A stretch of DNA of 64,000 nucleotides from Lama glama (lineage: Eukaryota): the NCBI GenBank assembly GCA_028534125.1, contig CM052817.1, forward strand, positions 96,412,001 through 96,476,000. The letters are read 5' to 3'. Below, one piece after another: positions 1-12,769 of the stretch; the stretch's first letter is position 1; each line of letters begins with the position of its first letter. The notes beneath the pieces were generated by a model that searched no databases, was not told the DNA's origin, and saw nothing but the letters and a program-made list of their open reading frames with translations. Position numbers and translations under genes: made by a program.

Positions 1-689
1 ACTGCATTTACACACTGTTAATGCCTGCAAGATGAAAGTAAAAACCTTTGAATATATTAATGCTATAACACAGATGTCTTACTTTTTACTCTCTCTCTCC
101 CTCTTTTTTTTTTTTTAAGCAAGTTGATGTGGCTAATAATGATGCAGATTGTGCTGGATGGATGTGCAGATGAAACAGGGGAATATAGATTAAATAAAAA
201 TTTCTTCAAAGCTTACGTTTGCTTCATAATTTAACTTCTGGGCTTGTCTCAGTGGTAGTAGGTGTGACCAGGCATCATAACATTGTTCTGAAACATCTTG
301 GCATCACAGAGCAGAAATCACCCGAACAGCACGGCTGTACTTCTTCGCAGCCAGAGGAAAATAATAAGGGAAAATAAAGGTTGTCAGCAGCTCTGTACAG
401 ACAGGCCTAACCCAGCTGCTAATAACGGGGGAGCTGAGGGAAGTCAGGGACAGCGGTTCTGTGCTTAAGAAGTAATCTGCTTGTATACTGAACTTGGCTT
501 TTTGCAGCTACATTCAAAGCATGAGTTGCTTCTTCTTCCAGAATATTGAATGAGATGTGCACCAGCCGTGGTCACATACTCACCCTGGAAACATCCATGG
601 AATGACTTTGTCATTGAGCTCTTTTAAACAATGAATAAAGTGGGTGTTGATGACATATGGCCTTGGAGTAGGCACAGTCCATTTCTCTT

Positions 690-1450
690 TCACATCTGTT
701 CATTCTAGCAGCATTTGCTAGCATGCCACTCCATGCCAGGGAACTCACTAGGTCCCGAGGATAAAAGATCAGGTGAGATACACCCCCTTCCCTCAAGGAA
801 CTCATAGTTTAGTGGAGAGGACACATGCAAGCAGAAAACCTAGAATATCATCTTTACATGAAATAAAGAAGTGCCATGGCTTCTCCCAGGAAGGACTAGC
901 ACTGCCTGCCAGGCCAAATGGGGCAAGACTGCATCTGAGGTCTGCATCTCTAATGTGTGAGGGGAAGTTTACCAGCTGGACGAAGGTGATTAAGAAGGGT
1001 GTGTGGACGCCTGGAGTCAGGGATGAGCAGAGCGTTGGGGATGGTAAGGACGTCAGCATGGAGGAAGCTTAGGCTGTATGGGGGGATGGGGGGGACAGGG
1101 GACAGAATGATGGACAATAAGACTAGGAAGTAGGTTTGAAGTAGACGCTACAAGCCCTCCTATGCTAAGCTAAGGCATTTGGAATTTACCCTACAGGCAA
1201 CAGAAAGCTAATGGAGAAAGCTTGCAGCAAAGGACAGATGACACGATCTGACGTCCTTTTTATGACAACTCTGAGAGCTATAAGGAAGGGACACTGGCCC
1301 TTCTAGAAGAGACGGGTGCAAGGAGAAGATTTAGGACGCGGGCGGTTCTCCAGGTTGTGATGACAATAGTCAGCTGAAGAAACGAGGCTGGATTCAAGAG
1401 ACACTGTGGGGGGACTTAGATGAGCAGAACTGAGCTTCGGTTAAACATTG
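690..1450 (-). mobile_element. LINE-2 (L2) 3' fragment, highly diverged
   Basis: Resembles the reverse complement of the L2 3' end (ttcattctagcagcatttgctagcatgccactccatgccagg...ccctcaaggaactcatagtttagtggagagg...ggcatttggaatttaccctacaggcaac). Boundaries approximate. Confidence 0.6.
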
Positions 1451-1609
1451 CTGCCAATGACCATGACCCCCTCATTCCCCCGCCCCTCTAGGACTCACAG
1501 TCATCTTACAGTTCCAAGGTAACTTGCCAGGAAGCTCAGGCTCCTTTCCAGGTAAAAAGTGCTCAGTTCATTAGGGTCTAATAAGATACACAAAAGAAAG
1601 CTCATTCGT

Positions 1610-1742
1610 CTTCCTTCTTACACCGTGAGATTTGGGAGCGCAGACAGCAGCTGTGCTTTATCCACTCTTACCTCTCAGGGCATCTAAATACAGCATTGAA
1701 GAGAACGTATACTTTATGATGTTTTCCTGAATGAATGAATCA
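1610..1742 (+). mobile_element. L2 extreme 3' end
   Basis: Ends in the L2-type tail ...tgaatgaatgaat, preceded by a gtgagatttgggagcgcagac-type segment. Confidence 0.5.
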
Positions 1743-3843
1743 AAGTGAGTGACAAAAATGGCCCCCCAGTGCTGGATTGTAAAAAATGTTTAAAATAGTT
1801 GCTGGATTTTAAAATTCGTTTTTATTTTTATCTATTTTTTTTTTTTTTGAGACAGGAGAAGCAACTGGTTTAGAGTGACTGTCCAAGCCTGTGCTTTTCA
1901 GAGGTGGTGAGCTTCTGATGCTCTAAGAAAAGAGATCCATTGCCTTCTGCTGACGTTACTAAAGAAGCACTAGGTAAGCAAGCTAACAGAGACAGTTGGA
2001 TAGGCTGGGCACTGCACCGAGACACCCTGCTGAGGGACAACTGGTGCCTGAAATCTAGGGGTTGTGTTCAACTTGAGGGGGGCTCTTCTTAACCACACCT
2101 AAGAGCTGGATGGGAGAATGGGATCCTGGACTTAAAGTGAAAGGACTAGAATTAATGGAAAAGTATACTGCTGGCACCAGTTTCACAGACAATGCCCCAA
2201 ACATACCTACCCCCCTGTCTGCATCCTGTCCTTTCAAATTATCTTCCCCTTATTTTTTCTCAGTGGTTTTTGAACTTCGTATCAGCCCTGATATTTAGAC
2301 TTTCTCTCTCACACTTAACTTGGCTGGTACAGCTTTAAAGGGATCTGAAAGGGAACAGGCGCACACAGGGTCTTTAAACACAATTGACACAGCCATCTGT
2401 CAGGCGCTGAGGCTGTCTGGGAGAGATGTGCTCCATGCTCATCTGGCCAACTGGTCGACTGCAGGACCCTAATCATTACATTATCAAAACCAGAGCATCG
2501 TCCAGTGCATGAAACTTCAGACATTACTTATGGATGAAATGAGGTCAGAAGAGGTCAGAAAAGACAAGAGATTAGCTGGCCATGCCAGCTGTCCAAGCTG
2601 CCCTTGAGAGATGCAACTCACAGCATCAGAGCTGGGGCTGCAGCTTCTCTTGGAGAAGAGATTCTGTCCACCAGACTCACTGCTGCTGTGGTGTTGCAAC
2701 CCTGGGGTGAGTCTCCCGGGCAAAGCAACTCTCCTGAAGAAGGATGCGGGAAAAGCAAGCAAACACAGCTTTTGAAATATGGAAAGCATTAACCGCATGT
2801 TTGCGCTCTTCCTGTGAACTTTACTGCCAGGCTGGGAACTCCTTGAGAGCAGCTATTAGCACTGCGCTTAGTCCTTAAGCAACTCTGAATGGAGGCATGC
2901 GTGCAAGCATGAATCAGTGGATGCAGCCTGATGACTGCTAATTCATACACCCTGGTGTGGAGGGTTGAGGAGACAGCTTCTTAAGAACAGGTTATTAGAA
3001 GAAAAAGCATTTTAAGTCTATTTCCTTGGTTGTACAGTCAAATAAAAAAGTCTACTCCTGTGAGTGATAATTCACTTTCATTTGCCTAATTTTCTGGGGT
3101 AGGAATATGATGTCAGAGGTTCACTTGGAGAATTATAACAAGATTTACTCTATTTTTTTAAGTTGGATAATTAACATTTATTAGCATGGTGGATACTTAA
3201 GAGATGCTGGAGATACACTGAAAACAAAACGAAACAAACAAATAGAAAAACAAAATCCAATGTCTCATTTCAAGTACCTTGGAGTTAAGTTTGGATAAAT
3301 TCACAAACAAACAGGCTATATAATTCAGTGTATTTTTTTAAATCTATTTTTATATATAGTGGCTAATATTTGAGGATTTACTCTATCTTAACAAATAAGA
3401 AACCACAAAAAAACCTTTAAAACCAAATCATTTCTTTCTTTTATTCATGGCCTCTTTCCTAGGGTGAGAAATATTAGGAAAGGAAATAGATTTAGATACT
3501 CAAATTTATCATTCATAAAATTTCTATTTTCTTGCCCAAGACAATCGCATATTAAATGGAGAATTGGCCACCTCATTAAGTGTTGCAAAGCCCCCTTTTA
3601 ATCTCACCTGAATGCTGTCTCAGTTAGAGCTGACACTTAGAAAGAAATACAAATATAATACACACATTATGTGTGAAAAATATTCATTAATATTAACCTC
3701 AAGGAGCTAAAGGTTAAAAAGAGCAGAGTTTCCATTTCCAAGTGTAAAACATCAGTCCAATTTTGAGTCAAGGCTGTAAAAACATGTCTAGAGCTTTTTA
3801 CTGCAAACATAGTGAGATCAAGAATTTTTCCTTCTGAAGCGGC

Positions 3844-3866
3844 AAAAAAAAAAAAAAAAAAAAAAA
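3844..3866. repeat. A23 homopolymer
   Basis: Directly visible run of 23 A. Confidence 0.9.
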
Positions 3867-5150
3867 GCATTTCTAAACTGCAAGCCCTTCCAGCAAATTG
3901 CTCAATGCTGAATGCAACTTCCTCCTGTTGCATTTTATGTCAGTGCTATTCTCTTCACAGATGAAAGTTTCATTTGGGGAAAAAAAAAAGATACAGGAAT
4001 ATGTAGTGTGGAAGTGATGGCTGGGAGGAAGGAATAGCAATAGTTGATGTGGTCTGGGAATTCTCCTCTGTGTCACCATCTTCCCCCTCCTGTGAGTGTA
4101 GCAAAATAATTGGCCAACATAATTAAATATGAATCCACATAACTTCAGACTCTGAACGTGGAATCCGTCCTTTGATAGGCTGACAGGGGTGCTTCACCCA
4201 GCCCTGTATTCCAAAAGCAAAGTGGAAAACCTGTACTTTCTTTGATTTGTGAAAAGACACATCTGCTGTAAATAAGAAACACATACTTGACATTTCCTTA
4301 GTAAGACATCTGAAACCTTAGAATGTATTGACCCCAAATGCGGTGGGGACACTATAATACACTCTAGTCCTTCAGCCCCAGTTTTCCCCACCAGTATTCC
4401 TATGTTTGTAAAAGGGAGAAGCTTTCAGTTTATTTGGGAGATGATGGTATCATAGAACTAAAATAAAAGGAACGAACAAACAAAAAAAACATAATATAAT
4501 AGTGATCAGCAGTTGGAAAATGAATCGATAATATTTACTGAAGACCTGTGGTGGGCAGAGGTCTTTACAGGCTACCATTTTATTTACCGTGTAAATAAAA
4601 TGGCAAATAAAGTTCCTTTTCTCAAAAGGCCAACAGTCAAATGCAAAAGACGTCGATAAACAAATGCATGTGAGTCTTGAAAAATCAGAGCAAGTAGAAC
4701 CAATTACAAGCAAATACACACAAGTTTATGTAAAGGCCCCTCCCTGGCAGGCTGATTTCCTATGAGATGGCCTCAGAAGTTGCACTGCCAGGCACAGAAA
4801 CACAGCTGGATGACAGTCCTGCCCACAGGACAAACTTGGTCATTTTCTGTCAAAGCATTTATTTATTGTGAGATAAGGTATAGTTACATGGTTTGAGTAT
4901 GTGATGAAGATTTAATCAAATTAATCCAATAACTGATTTACACACTCTTCTGTTGATTTTTTTCAATAGACCATGGATTTTTCTTTAGCTAAAAAGAAAA
5001 GGAGATCACTTGCAGGCTTTTAATTTGCAATATTTAAATAATGTGCCAGAAAGATGAGTTTTTTTTAGGTTAATTGGAGGGAAATGTGCCGCATCGTGAT
5101 GCTAATGCAGGGGTTTTAAATTTACAAGGCGAGGAATAAAAAAGTATTTT

Positions 5151-5373
5151 TTTAGCTTCTTTCTAAAATTGAAGTATAGGCAGTTTACAATGTCGTGTCA
5201 ATTTCTGGTGTACAGCATAATGTTTCCGTCACACATACACATACATATATGCTTTTTCATATTCTTTTTCATTCTATGTTACTACAAGATATTGAGTATC
5301 ATTCCCTGTGCTATACAGTAGAAACTTGTTGTTTATCTATTTTATAGATAGTAGTTAGTATCTGCAAATCTTG
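5151..5373 (-). mobile_element. Short 5'-truncated LINE-1 3' end (cetartiodactyl/camelid type)
   Basis: ttgaagtataggcagtttacaatg...ctgtgctatacagtagaaacttgttg; homologous to copies at 16.8, 37.1 and 37.4 kb. Candidate TSD AAAG(T/C)ATTTT at 5141-5150 and 5374-5383, followed by AA (TTTT/AA endonuclease site). Confidence 0.9.
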
Positions 5374-6348
5374 AAAGCATTTTAACAGATTTTCCCCTCT
5401 CACATTAAGAATCACTAACAGACCGACAAACATGCCCTGTAATTACAGCTATTAGAATAAAATCTCTTAAATATTTTTTTAAAAATTACTAACAGAGACT
5501 ATCATTTTAATTTTATTAACATCTAAACATTTAGCATTTTAGTAGGATAGAGAAAGAAGAGCCTGGTTCTAAGAAATAATTTCTTATAGAAAATTCTAAT
5601 ATTTATAACCAAATCTCATAAACATGCAAAAGGAATCAGCAGAAGTCCTGCCTGAGTCCCAAAATCCTGGCAGGTATTTCTGATAAAGATTTAACCCGCA
5701 AGACAATGATGATACAGTCGTGTATGTGGTGAGATTACAGGCAGGCATATGAATACAGTAAGAAGTTACTGATCACTCTATTTGGTTAAGAAATTAGAGA
5801 GATAAGCTAATTGTTAACAGGATTCACACTAACTGAGTAACTATTCTTACAGCTATGTAAGTGAATAATCAAACGAGTTACAATTGTGACATCTATGACT
5901 TACTGCTTATTTCGAGAAGTGGTGTGATTAGATTTAAGTATTAAAAGCATTATTTGAACTCCATTTCTTCCATAAATGACCTGATTTTTAGAATCTTCTT
6001 TACTATTTTGACATGCAATCTATGGGGACATTATAAGAAATAGTATTCACCTAGAAGAATGAAAACCAAAGAATTAAACCATCAATAGAGCCCTGGTAAA
6101 ATTGTCATATGTAAATCTTCTATTTATTTAAATTCTATTAACCAGAAAATCCAATTAACTGTGGTATTTCTGTTAATAGTTTAATAATAATAATAACTGG
6201 TATTTAGAATTATAAGCCTGGAACTCTGGAAGTATCTTCTGAATCACTAGTTTTGGAGATAGCATAAATGTCTTTTGTTTGTGTATATATACATTGATTC
6301 TTACCAAGTTGCTATCTAAAAAACAGGTGGGAAGTTTGAAATGGTATC

Positions 6349-6350
<2 letters not shown>

Positions 6351-6389
<39 letters not shown>
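6351..6389. repeat. (AC)19 microsatellite
   Basis: Directly visible. Confidence 0.97.
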
Positions 6390-6393
<4 letters not shown>

Positions 6394-6509
6394 ATCTAAA
6401 ATAAAGATATGTTACTTAGTGCAGTAGAGATCACAATTTAATTTTTTTTTGATCTGTTTTGAAACTGACAGTTGTAGGCAAACATGACAAACGCCATCAG
6501 AATGCGGAG

Positions 6510-6665
6510 GAGCAGAAAGGTCCCTGGCCATGGAGTCAGGGAAGTCCATTTCTAGGGCAAGGATGGCGTTTTGTGTGTCTCAGTTCCCGTGTCTCTATAT
6601 AGCAAAAGGTCTTTACCACTCCCATTGCTGACCTTCCAAATTCTAATTACGAGGGTCAGAAAGAA
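6510..6665 (+). mobile_element. Degenerate MIR SINE fragment
   Basis: ggagtcagggaag...gtctcagttcccgtgtctctata resembles the MIR head and core. Confidence 0.4.
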
Positions 6666-7519
6666 ATCTTTCTCTGGCACATCCCACACATCCTGCATGC
6701 AGAGCAGGGGCTGAAGATCTTAAAATCAAGCTGAATATAAATGATAAATTCACGGGGGCATTGCTCAGTGAGTGGTCTTAAATAAGCTGAAAAGAAGAAA
6801 TTCTAAAGTCGGAATCCTAAGAGTCAGTTCCCCAAATCATGCTACCTTCATTTCATCTGCACCACAAACAACTTTCACTGTAAAACCACGCATAAAAAAT
6901 GCATTTGGTTTTAATTAACTTTTAACGTGTTAATATGCTAATTTCTACAAGTCACAATCTACCTGTCCACACACTTACAAATCCTGGCCCATGACATACT
7001 TTTCATGCTCAACTAGATATTTCTGTTATATAATCTGTTCTAAACCATGTAACTTTGAAAAATTTTTAGAAGCAACTTTAATTATCTTCCAAAGGTATTA
7101 CAAGGCGATGGGGGCAAGGGAAGAAGGGAAACTTCATCCTTTTGATAAAACCGTTCAAACTGAACAGTTTGTAGATTGCCGCCTGTTTGAGGGTTGTTTG
7201 CGTTAGACGTGAATAAATACTGGGGAGCTGTGATACAGCAGCTTGAAATGTTGGGGAAAGTTGGGTTCCAGCTGGGAATGTTGCACCTTTAATTTCTCAT
7301 GGTTGAATACGCACTGGGTGAAAAACTATAATTAGAAATTATAAAGGCTACCCAAAAAAAAGCAACTTCTGTGTCAAAAAAGCAACGTGGGTTCTACCTG
7401 GTCCCTTTTGGGCTAAGTAAGCTGTTTGATCAACTTCCTTCAGTCTCTGTGGATGTCCTTATATGAGTCTAATTGAAGGACTCCTGTTCTCTTTTTATTT
7501 TTGCTCTATGAAAAATGTA

Positions 7520-7675
7520 TCGGAGATGTCTTATAATGAACTTTGATATGGTGAAATGATAATAATGTCCTAATTATATATAAAAATGTAATTACACTTG
7601 CTTCTATTATAGAAAAACTCCCTTTATAATGAAGTGTTATGTTGGAAAAAGATTTTCATTATAGGCGGACTCCTT
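7520..7675. mobile_element. Ancient Tc1/mariner (Tigger-like) MITE
   Basis: TA on both flanks (7518-7519, 7676-7677). Imperfect ~21-bp terminal inverted repeats (GGAG-N6-TATAATGAA / TTCATTATA-N6-CTCC). A third internal TTATAATGAA copy lies at 7624-7633. Confidence 0.5.
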
Positions 7676-8161
7676 TACTTGTTAATTTGAGCTCTGATTC
7701 ATCACTTTAATATTAAAAAAGTTCCTTGTAAGTTACTTTTGATGTGTCTCATTTATGGTTCATTTCACTTCCTGGGCACCACCAGGAGCCCAAATCCAAA
7801 CGTCTTTGAAAGACACTTAAAAATACATCTTTTTTCAAAAGGAATTCTTCTTTCTATGTGGTGGAACAGAAGTAGTCAAGAAAAATATTATTGACCTTCT
7901 TCACTTGAGCTCTGAAAACTTTTGTTTTGAAATTTGAAAACAAAATATATGTGTGTGTGTGTGTGTGATGTATATATATATATCTTCTTGAATGTTTTAA
8001 AAAATCTGTCAGTGCATAAGCTGGTACTATGTAAACTATTTAAAGATAGGTTTAAGCCAAAAATCAACCACATAGGTGACATCATGGCACTCAAACAATA
8101 AGGCTCCTTTACTCCTCTTTTGGGGATTGATCAGATCATCATTTCACCAAATCAAGTGCAA

Positions 8162-8421
8162 AACTGGGAGTTTGGGATTAATAGATACACACACTATATA
8201 TATATGTAATACTACAGTATATAATAGATGAACAATAAGGACCTACTGTATAGCACAGGAAAACTATATTCAATATCTTATAATAACCTGTAATGGAAAA
8301 GAATTTGAAAAAATGCATATATATGTATGTATATTTATAACTGAATCGCTTTGCTGTACACCTGAAACTAACAATGTAAATGACTACACTTTAATAAACA
8401 ATAAGAATTATTATGTTTTTA
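8162..8421 (+). mobile_element. Short 5'-truncated LINE-1 3' end
   Basis: ggagtttgggattaatagatac...acctactgtatagcacagg...ctgtacacctgaaactaac...aataaa. Candidate TSD AAGTGCAA at 8154-8161 and 8422-8429. Confidence 0.9.
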
Positions 8422-8669
8422 AAGTGCAACAAATCCTTCTTCTTTGCTATTTCACTGCTACCCAAAGTGCCTGGCAGCCTGCCTGAGCAGGGCTCAGCTT
8501 TGTCTCTCTCCTAGCACCCTATTTCCCCTTTCATTCTTTCCTCCCTGATTCACTCGCTTTGGCATTTGTTTGTTTTGTTTCTGCATCGTATTTCAGGCGT
8601 GGCTTTAAAGAAATAGAGTCATGCTAAGTCCCAAACCACATCCACTCCCCTCTCTCTTGCCTCCAAGAA

Positions 8670-8990
8670 TCTAACCTTTCTTGTTCTCCCAAATTTACTA
8701 AATATTTCCACCCCATCAGGCTTTGCTAACACGTTTCTCTCTGCCTGGATCGCTTCCTCACAATCTGCAGACTTTCAAAATCTTTCTTGTCTTTCAAGAT
8801 CCTACTCAAATGCCATCTCATCTCAGAGCCTTCCTTGACTCCCATATTCAGAATTAATTTCTCCTTGAGTTTCAGCACCAGTTTATTCATAGTATTAATT
8901 CCATCTCAGTTTGAACCAAGTCTGTTGTATACAAGTCCGTCACCTTTATAACCACACTTCTGATTGTTTGGGGTATGAGTTTTCTGATTT
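8670..8990 (+). mobile_element. L2 fragment
   Basis: tcaggctttgctaacacgtttctctctgcctgga...ctactcaaatgccatctcatctcagagccttccttgac matches the L2 3' region pattern. Confidence 0.55.
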
Positions 8991-10019
8991 TTAAACATTT
9001 ATTTGATACCTTCCTTCACATCCTTTTAGCAAATAAATTGTATAACTTAATAGACAAAGGGCATTTTCACTTATTAAACCGATCTGGTAAAGAAGTCAAT
9101 GGTTTTCTCTATCTGAATTTTCATTAAAATATCTAAAATCTTTGCTATTTTAGACTTTAACAATAATCAAATTAATTGTAAAGTAAGGCAAATGCCCATT
9201 TGACAAATAATGGCAACTTATGGAGAATAATTGTTTCCTCCTTTACATTTTTTACTTTTCTCTAAGTAAAAATGGGAAACCAAAGATTGTCAACAGCCAC
9301 TGCTAATGTGAATGATGTATCATAGGAAGGGAAACATGATGATACCTCATTTATGACAACATAGATTTATAAATCCTAAGAGGAAATATGGTGATTAATA
9401 TTAACAAAATATTAGACAGACAAGAAAACCCATTAATTTTCAAAAAAATTTATACAGCTAGTTTTTGGAATGATTTTGGTAAAAGGTAAATATGACGAGA
9501 TGACCTACTTTATTCCTGCTCAAAAGGATAGTTCTAACAAGTAATAATACATTAAACTCAGAAGATTCAGAATTTATAATTGACAAAGTCCCTCTTGGCT
9601 TGTTGGACATTTTTGAGGTTTTCACTTCTCTCCTTGTAAGATCTTTTAAGTTCTTTCATTTCAAATGTTAAAAGGATGAAGGAATATATATATGAAACAT
9701 CTCTGAAAATAATTTTCAAAGAACATTATTAGTACCGAGAAAATTCTTCTCAAAATACCTCTATTTTCTAAAAATCTTAGCTATGTATCCTTTCCTAGTA
9801 AACTATTTCATATTCAATCTTTCAATAACTAGTATTTGAATCCAAAAGGTAGAATCTAAAATAACAACAGGTATGGTATTTCTGAAAGAATTATGCTCCT
9901 CTGCATATAACAATTCAGTATAAATTGAATTGGCTGGAATAAAATAGAGGCTTTTTGTTGTGGTGGTGGTTTTTGTGTTTGTTTTGTTGTTTGTTGTTGT
10001 TTTCTTTTTTTAATGGAAA

Positions 10020-10435
10020 CAGGGGTTAGGCACTCAGGCTAATATGGAGATGCCCTAGTCAACAGGGACTCTACCTCTTCTAGTTTGTGCCCCGCTATTA
10101 TTGGTCACGGCTTTTATTCTTAAGACTAACACAAGGCCCAACATAGCTGCTGGAGCTCCAGCTTAACAACCAAATTCCAGGAAGAAAATTCCAGGAAGAA
10201 GGAAGGGGAGGAAGGCCAAAAGGTCATGTTTCCCAGCTGAATCAATTTCCTTAAAGAGATTTCCCAGAAATCCTACCCAAGGTCTTAATACCATCTGCTT
10301 CTACCTTCTGCCTCACCACCTTTACCAAAAGAAGCCAGGAAATGTTATCTTTTATCTAGGCATGCTACCGTTTGGAATAAAATCATGACTTTGTTAGTAA
10401 GGAAGGAGGGAGTGTGGACATTGGGAAAGCTGCAT
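10020..10435 (-). mobile_element. ERVL-MaLR solo LTR (MLT1J-like), diverged
   Basis: atagctgctggagctccagc...ttcccagaaatcctaccc...ttgttagtaaggaaggagggagtgtggacattggg, typical of old MLT1 in reverse orientation. Confidence 0.6.
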
Positions 10436-10494
10436 ACTGAAATGATGCTGAAATGACTTATATACCTGAAGATACATATTTTCAACATTATCCC

Positions 10495-10920
10495 ATGCCC
10501 TCTCCTGCTCATTTGCTCTGCTCCAAACACAACAGCTTCCTGGGAGGGCCTGTAGAATTCTGACAATTGTTTTCCTTCTCCATGGAAAGTTCGTCATCTG
10601 ACTTCTTCCATGGCTGCCTCCTTTCAGGGCTCAGGTATAACGCTACCTCCTCAACAGATGGTCCTCACAATAGCCTGTAATCTCCTTCCCCAACCCTGTT
10701 ATTCTCTCCGTGACACCTTGATGTATCCTCCAAAGCACTCAATACAGTTGGTTATTGCTGCCTTTATATATTTGTTTATTAGTTTATTACTATATTCCTA
10801 AAGACAGTATAAATCCTGTAAGAGAAGAGGTTGGCTTTGATTGCTGTTTTTTTTCCCAGAACCTCATCCCATGCCTCATGCATTGTAGGGTTCAATAAAT
10901 CCTTGTTAAACAAATGGGAA
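10495..10920 (+). mobile_element. L2 3' fragment
   Basis: Ends ...gtagggttcaataaatccttgttaaacaaatg, an L2 terminus-like sequence. Confidence 0.6.
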
Positions 10921-12769
10921 AAAAACACCAAGAAAATTATTATTCAACGAATAAATAAAAACATCACTGCCAATATTTTCCTTGTGTGTGACCAAGTAAA
11001 CCCTAGATCCCCTCTTGTTATGATCTGTATGAGTCACGAGAATCAGTCTTCGTATGAGACGACCTAGGCAGTCCAGTTGGCTGGAGTCATTCTGCTGAGC
11101 CCAAGAGTTCATTTCCTTCTGTGTGACATGGTAGGAAGGTTGGGTTCATCTGCCAGCTTGGCTATGGACAGCTACGGACATCCAGAGGGAAAGAAAAGCC
11201 CCCTTGAGCACACAATCTGCTCCAAACAATTCTCATAGGAACCTAATCAGACCACCCATTAGCTCTTCTTGTTCATTTAATGCATCAGAAGTTTATGGAG
11301 CAAAGTGATTCTAAAGCTTTTCTCGCACTTAATATTTCACCTGGCATTCTTACGATGTCAATGGAAGGATGGAAGAAATACAAATGAAAAGAAAGGAGGG
11401 GGCAAGAGGGAGGAAGAAGGAAGAGAAAGGAAGAGAGAGATCAAGTAAGAAAATGGACCCTTTAGCTGCATAAGAGAACTTTTCTTTGTGGCACTTTGAG
11501 TCCTAGTCCTCGGAGAATTGCTTGAAGACATTTGAGCATCTGATTCTTCAAGCAGCTCATTAGAGTGATGAAAAGCCCGCGATGAAGGGGCAGTGCCATG
11601 TTTGAAGAGCCAGGGGTTTCTGTTATCCTGCATTATTAAGCAGTCAATATTCAGTGGACCACTGCCTGCCCGCCTGTCTTCAGCAGGTGGTGTCCCTCCG
11701 CCTTTCTCTGGAAAGCAGCTGCTTCCTCCCAGCCTCCCCAGAGCCTGCAACAGCCATTTGTTTCGATTTAAGACAGACACTGTCATTATTTTGTGCAGAA
11801 TTTCACAGAAATGTTTCCTACTAAATGCTTGAACCATCTGAGTAGCACCAGGCAAGCTGCGGGCTTCATTAATAATGCATCTGTGTTTATCAATAGGTTT
11901 AGACAACTGGTATTTAGAAGCTTCTTCAGAAGGAGTGGGGTGGATTTTTTTCATACCAGTTAGCTTTATTCTGTCAGTTCCTGGATGTTGACATTACATC
12001 CAACTGTGTTCTGACAACCAGAGGTGCTAAAACAGTGTCCGGGCTGCTCTCTCGCACGTTGGAGTGTTTCTTGATGGACTGAAGTCATGGTGGTTGGCCT
12101 TTCCCCCCTTCCTGCTCATCCTTTCAAGTGTACTCTAAAGGAAACAATATTTCTAATCACATTGCTTTCAACCTTATTACAGGGTGACTCCTCACACTCA
12201 ATTAATTTGGGCTGGTTCTTGTTGGTACCCCACTTGGGTCTCAGTATTCTTCAGTAGAATACAGTCGGGCTGATGTCTGTGACATGTATCCTGCGCATAG
12301 AAAGTGACACAGCTACTTTTGGATTACTTGCAGTCACAAAAGAAGCAATACGTCTTCTAAACCTTTGGGTCTGAATGCATTTCTATCAGAGGGGACTACT
12401 GCAAAATTCAATGTACTGGTTTGTCTGTAACCTGTTTCATCCCTTACCAAAAAGCAATGCCAAAAGTAATGAAGGTACTCTGAGATCCTGGAAGGCATCA
12501 AAGACAGAGAGAAAAGCCAGGAAAGTACAACCAAAACATCATTTTTTTAGTGCTGGAGTCTGAAATATACCAATGTGGCAATTTCTTTTCAAGATCATGA
12601 TTTCTCCAGATTTCCTTTTTAAAGCTCACCTATCATTGCTGCTAATCAAAATAAAAAGGTATCCAAGTGAAACTGATAGAGCTGGTATCAAGTCTCATTT
12701 TTTATGAAGAAATTATACAGAGGTAGGCTTAAGGATTTTTTCTTTAATCATACATTTAGAACTACAATA

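Noticed and set aside
1080..1101. G-rich tract as a G-quadruplex
   Set aside because: Only three separate G-runs, lying inside a decayed L2; nothing suggests function.
10172..10200. Tandem AAATTCCAGGAAGA duplication (STAT-like TTCCAGGAA twice)
   Set aside because: Best explained as a slippage duplication inside an old LTR.
11358..11954. Longest ORF in the track (198 aa, minus strand)
   Set aside because: No recognisable domain, the C-terminus is translated from a purine/pyrimidine low-complexity tract, and there is no supporting splice or promoter context.
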